This document shows positions 56,548-64,000 of a stretch of DNA of 64,000 nucleotides, one piece after another. The notes under the pieces were generated by a model. That model made no database searches, was not told where the DNA came from, and worked only from the letters and a program-made list of their open reading frames with translations. Source of the stretch: the human T2T-CHM13v2.0 reference genome, Homo sapiens; the NCBI RefSeq assembly GCF_009914755.1, contig NC_060929.1; one strand, written 5' to 3'. Numbering within the stretch: position 1 is the first letter of the stretch; each line of letters begins with the position of its first letter. The position numbers were made by a program, and so were the translations under genes.

Positions 56548-58550
56548 ACATCAACTTTACTGAGGTATAATTTACATAGAAAAATTGTACATTTTTAGTA
56601 TGCAAAAGTTTGACAGATATGTACACTTCTGTATCCATCAGCCCAGATGTCTCCATCATCCCAGAAAGTTTCCTTTTACCATTTTGTAGTAAAAATCTAA
56701 TCACCCCATGGGCTTGAAGCCACTTATTACATTGACTCAAATTTCAATTCTTATAGATTATGTAAACACATATATCCTCCATTTATTTAGTTTTGAAATC
56801 TCTTTTATGAATGTTTTGTGGTTTTCAATGTGTAGGTCTTTCATGCCTATTATTAAATTTCTCTATTTCATAGTTTTGATGTCATTTTAAATATTGTATT
56901 TATAATTTAGCTTTCTGATTGTTTAATGCCATTATATGAAATTGAATTGTTCTTATTTTACATATTGATCTAGTGTCCTGTAGCCTTGTTAACTCAGTTA
57001 TTAGTTCTTACGGCTTCTTTTTTTTGTTTTTCTGGGGAAGATTCCACAGAAGTCTTTACATTTATGATTATGCTATGTATAATTAAAGACAGTTTTATGT
57101 ATTCCTTTCCAAATCCATACGCATGTTATTTCTTTTAAATCTATTGAGTAATAGTGGGCTTTTTTGTTTTGTTTTTGTACTAAAACTTTGTGTGTCTTGT
57201 TATATAGTCCATGTGTGCTTGCAAAAAACGATATTGGGTGTAGTTTTCTATAAATGTCAATAAGGTCAGTTTGTCACACTGTTTTTTCCAGTGACTTTCT
57301 GTTAGTTATCCTATAATTTACTGAGAGAGGACATATTGAAATTGCTAACTATAATTGTAGATTTGTCTATTTCTCTATTAGCTTTTTTCATTGTTTGTTT
57401 CAGGTATTTAGAAGGTCTTTTATTAGGTTTATTAAGGTTATAATAGCTCCCCTAATGAAATCATTATGGCCCCTAGACAAATTGATGGCTTTACTACTAT
57501 GGAATAACTTTCTTCATCTTTAGTAATGTTTCTTGCTTTGTCTATCATTAATATAGCCACCCTAGATTTTTTAAATTAGTGGTAGCATAGTACTTGTTTT
57601 ATATTTTATTTTAACCTATCTGTGGCTTTGTATTTAGTTTATTGAAGATAGCACATATGTGAGTGCAGTGGTTTTAAAACATGATCATAAATTATTTTAT
57701 ATTCCTCCTTTCAAAAGTTGGAGTCTAAAGCTCTTCTTCTGTAGTATAATCTGTACATAATTACTCATTTTTAAGAAATTGAATAGAGTAGACACGGTGA
57801 TGTGAGACTTTAGAAACTAGGTCATAAAAGGCACTGAAGCTTCCTTCTTGCTTGCTCTTATATAGCTCATTCTGGGGAAGCTACTTGCTTTATCACAAGG
57901 ACATTCAGGCAGCACTGTGGAAAAATTCATATAGTGAGGACTTGAGGCATCTTGCCAACAAGTGAATCTTCCAGCCCCTGTCAAGCCTTTCAGTGATGAC
58001 AGTACTGGTCAAGAACTCAATTGCAACCTCACAAGAGTCTGTTGAGCCAGAACCTCCCAGTACAGCTGCTCCCAGATTTCTCACCTGAGAAAATATGTGA
58101 GATATAATATTACAATTCTTGTTTTAACATGTTAAGTTTGAGGGTAATTTGTTATAGAGCAATACATGCTAAAACATAGTGTTTTGCATTTTATTCAACA
58201 TAAAAATCTTAATATATAATTGGTTTATTCAGACCATTGGCATTTAGTGTGATTATCAATATGATTGGGCTTAAATCTACCATATTACTATTTACAGCCT
58301 CTTTCTCCCACTTGTTACAATCCATGAACATGAAATACACGTTTATTCATTTAGATATTTCACTTCCCCTCAACAATTTTTTCTAGTTGTCAGACTAGAA
58401 GTTTCCAATATTTTCAATAAATGCATTCCTAAATAGTATATGGGTTTTGAAGACTGAAAATATTATTTTTAACTTGTAGTTTTCAACTGTTTGTTTGTAG
58501 TATATAAAAATACAATCGAATTTTGTGTATTGTCTATACATATAGGTATC
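56548..58550 (-). mobile_element. Ancient L1M fragments interrupted by MLT1F
   Basis: CTTTACTGAGGTATAATTTACATA; AACTATAATTGTAGATTTGTCTATTTCTC. Confidence 0.65.
57664..58176 (+). mobile_element. MLT1F-type MaLR LTR
   Basis: TCCTCCTTTCAAAAGTTGGAGTCTAA...CTAGGTCATAAAAGGCACTG...GGGTAATTTGTTATAGAGCAATA. Confidence 0.85.
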
Positions 58551-58565
58551 TTAAAGTGACATTAA

Positions 58566-58850
58566 GACTGGGCGCAATGGCTCCTGCCTGTAATCCCAGC
58601 ACTTTAGGAGGCCGAGGCGGTCGGATCATGAAGTCAAGAGATCGAGACCCTCCTGGCCAACATGGTGAAACCCCGTCTCTACTAAAAATACAACAATTAG
58701 CTGGGCATGGTGGCACGTGCCTGTAGTCCCAACTACTTGGGAGGCTGAGGTAGGAGAATTGCTTGCAGAGGTTGCAGTGAGCTGAGATCATGTCACTGCG
58801 CTCCAGCCTGGCGACAGAGCAAGACTCTGTCTCAAAAAAAAAAAAAAAAA
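58566..58850 (+). mobile_element. Alu (AluSc-like)
   Basis: GTCAAGAGATCGAGACC, CAGCCTGGCGACAG; TSD AAAGT(G/A)ACATTAA. Confidence 0.96.
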
Positions 58851-58910
58851 AAAGTAACATTAAGATAGGAAAATAAGTTAGAATGTATTTATTTTTTTTT
58901 TTATTTTTAT

Positions 58911-58935
58911 GCCTTTTGGCTAAGATCAAGTGTAG
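58911..58935 (+). pseudogene. U2 snRNA retro-fragment (nt 12-36)
   Basis: GCCTTTTGGCTAAGATCAAGTGTAG is identical to U2 nt 12-36; flanked by direct repeat TAGAATGTATTT (58879-58890, 58933-58944). Confidence 0.92.
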
Positions 58936-60512
58936 AATGTATTTTATGTCACTCCTTTTTCAATAAATTTGTTATTTTTGTTTGAATTTTCTGTCAGGGT
59001 AATTTATTGCTTTAGTTCTGTGTCCTGACAGCATACAATTAATGTAATAAGGACCTTCTAAAAACAGTGATCCTGCTTTGTATCATTACAACCTAAAGAA
59101 ATAGGCCAATGGGGAAGATTTCAGGTTAGATGATCCAGGTGTCATAGCTCTATATTTGGTTAGCGTATTATCTGATATTGCCCAAACTAAGTCATAAAAT
59201 ATTATAACCTGGCTATATGTAGAAATTATGCTGTCTTCATTCTCTTTGTTCGGGGAAACCACTGGCCAGTTTCATGTTGAATGTATGGCAAGCATGGCAT
59301 TAAAAAATATGCAAGCATCTTTAGTATGTATCTCTAGACACACATCTGTTATTTGTTTTATTGCCAAAAAGGTGAGAAGTATATGTAGTTTCTTCTTATT
59401 GCCCTAACATTTACAGTTCTGAAAAATTATCTGCAGGTGTTGTCATTTGTCTAAGAATCAAAAGGACAGGGACTTTATAAAAAAGAAGTTTCCTTTTCAT
59501 GTAATTGCCACTATAGAGCTATTTTTTTTCTAGGCAATATTTATTTTTTCCAAAGACTCAATAAGCTTTTATTTCTTAAAAACTTGGAAAACATCTTTTG
59601 TGATAAAAACAATATTTCAGTGCATCTAGTAGGTAGGAGTTTAAAGGAAAATGTTTCTTTGCTGGTCTACCATATATATGAAATATATTACATAACAAAA
59701 AATCTGTTGTTTAAATTAAATAAGTCTCATGCAATCTAATCAATCTAATATGATGTTTGTTTAAAGGATATAAGGTTCATAATGTTAATTATTGTGAATT
59801 TTGGCATGATTTCAATAGTTCAGCACTGATGTTACAGGCAATATATATCTAACTACTTACATGTAATAATATCTACAATAAGCAGAGCCTATATCCAACA
59901 CTTAAAAAATGAAAACCTCATGCAAACTTCTAGTAGAATTTATATAAAATACAAAGCTAATAATTTCAAATTGATTAGTTTAGCTTTCCAAAATTAGGTT
60001 CCAAATGACCAAATTATATCTGTATTGTTAAGTAGATGGATAGAGAGACATCTTTAGTTTTCTTAACCATTTATTTAGAAAATAGCAAGCTCATTGAAAC
60101 ATAGGATATTATCTTCCACTTCTTTTCTATCTCCCAGTGCCTCATATGTTGCCACATAGAGAAAGAGATTAAGGATATACTTGGAAAGTAGTTGAATATA
60201 ATTAGATCCAAGATGAATATGATTGTTCAATTCTACCACATCTTCTGCCCTTAAGCCCCAACTTTAAATTCAGAGGAGAGTATTCTCTCTTTCTTTTTTT
60301 TAGAAGCATTTATTTTTTATTTAAAGAAGTGTCTTAGTTACTTAGTATTTCAAAAATAAAGAGAAGTAAAATATATGACCAAATGTACTCATCACTCAGA
60401 TTTAACAAACATCGAGATGTTTTCACATTTGCTTCTGACCTTTAAAACAAACAACACAGAATGTTATCAGCACAGCCAAAATTGCATCCCACATATCCCC
60501 TTTGCTTTCTCC

Positions 60513-64000
<3,488 letters not shown>

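Overview
This is AT-rich, gene-poor primate genomic DNA, hominid-like (AluY plus a young L1PA2/L1HS-type LINE-1). It is intergenic or deep intronic and roughly half interspersed repeats. I found no host protein-coding exon, intact RNA gene, CRISPR array or prokaryotic-type system. The ORF track is essentially L1/Alu/LTR translations or chance ORFs. Main elements: the 5' half of a young L1 (dead ORF1, ORF2 open to the window edge, intact antisense ORF0), a full-length but internally deleted L1PB, an old L1MB-type element, an L1PA7-like 3' portion, about 13 Alu-family copies, two solo LTR1s, several MaLR/ERVL LTRs, DNA-transposon fossils (Tigger1, MER58A, MER63), STRs and a 25-nt U2 snRNA retro-fragment. 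I cannot support a new biological system here. The most unusual signals are insertion and repair scars: a ~395-bp local direct duplication pasted into Tigger1, a ~185-bp local inverted duplication at an L1 5' junction, compensating frameshifts in L1 ORF2, a U2 fragment with opposite-polarity poly(A), twin-priming L1 inversions and fold-back hairpins. Repeat subfamily names come from recalled consensus sequences, and boundaries of old repeats are approximate.
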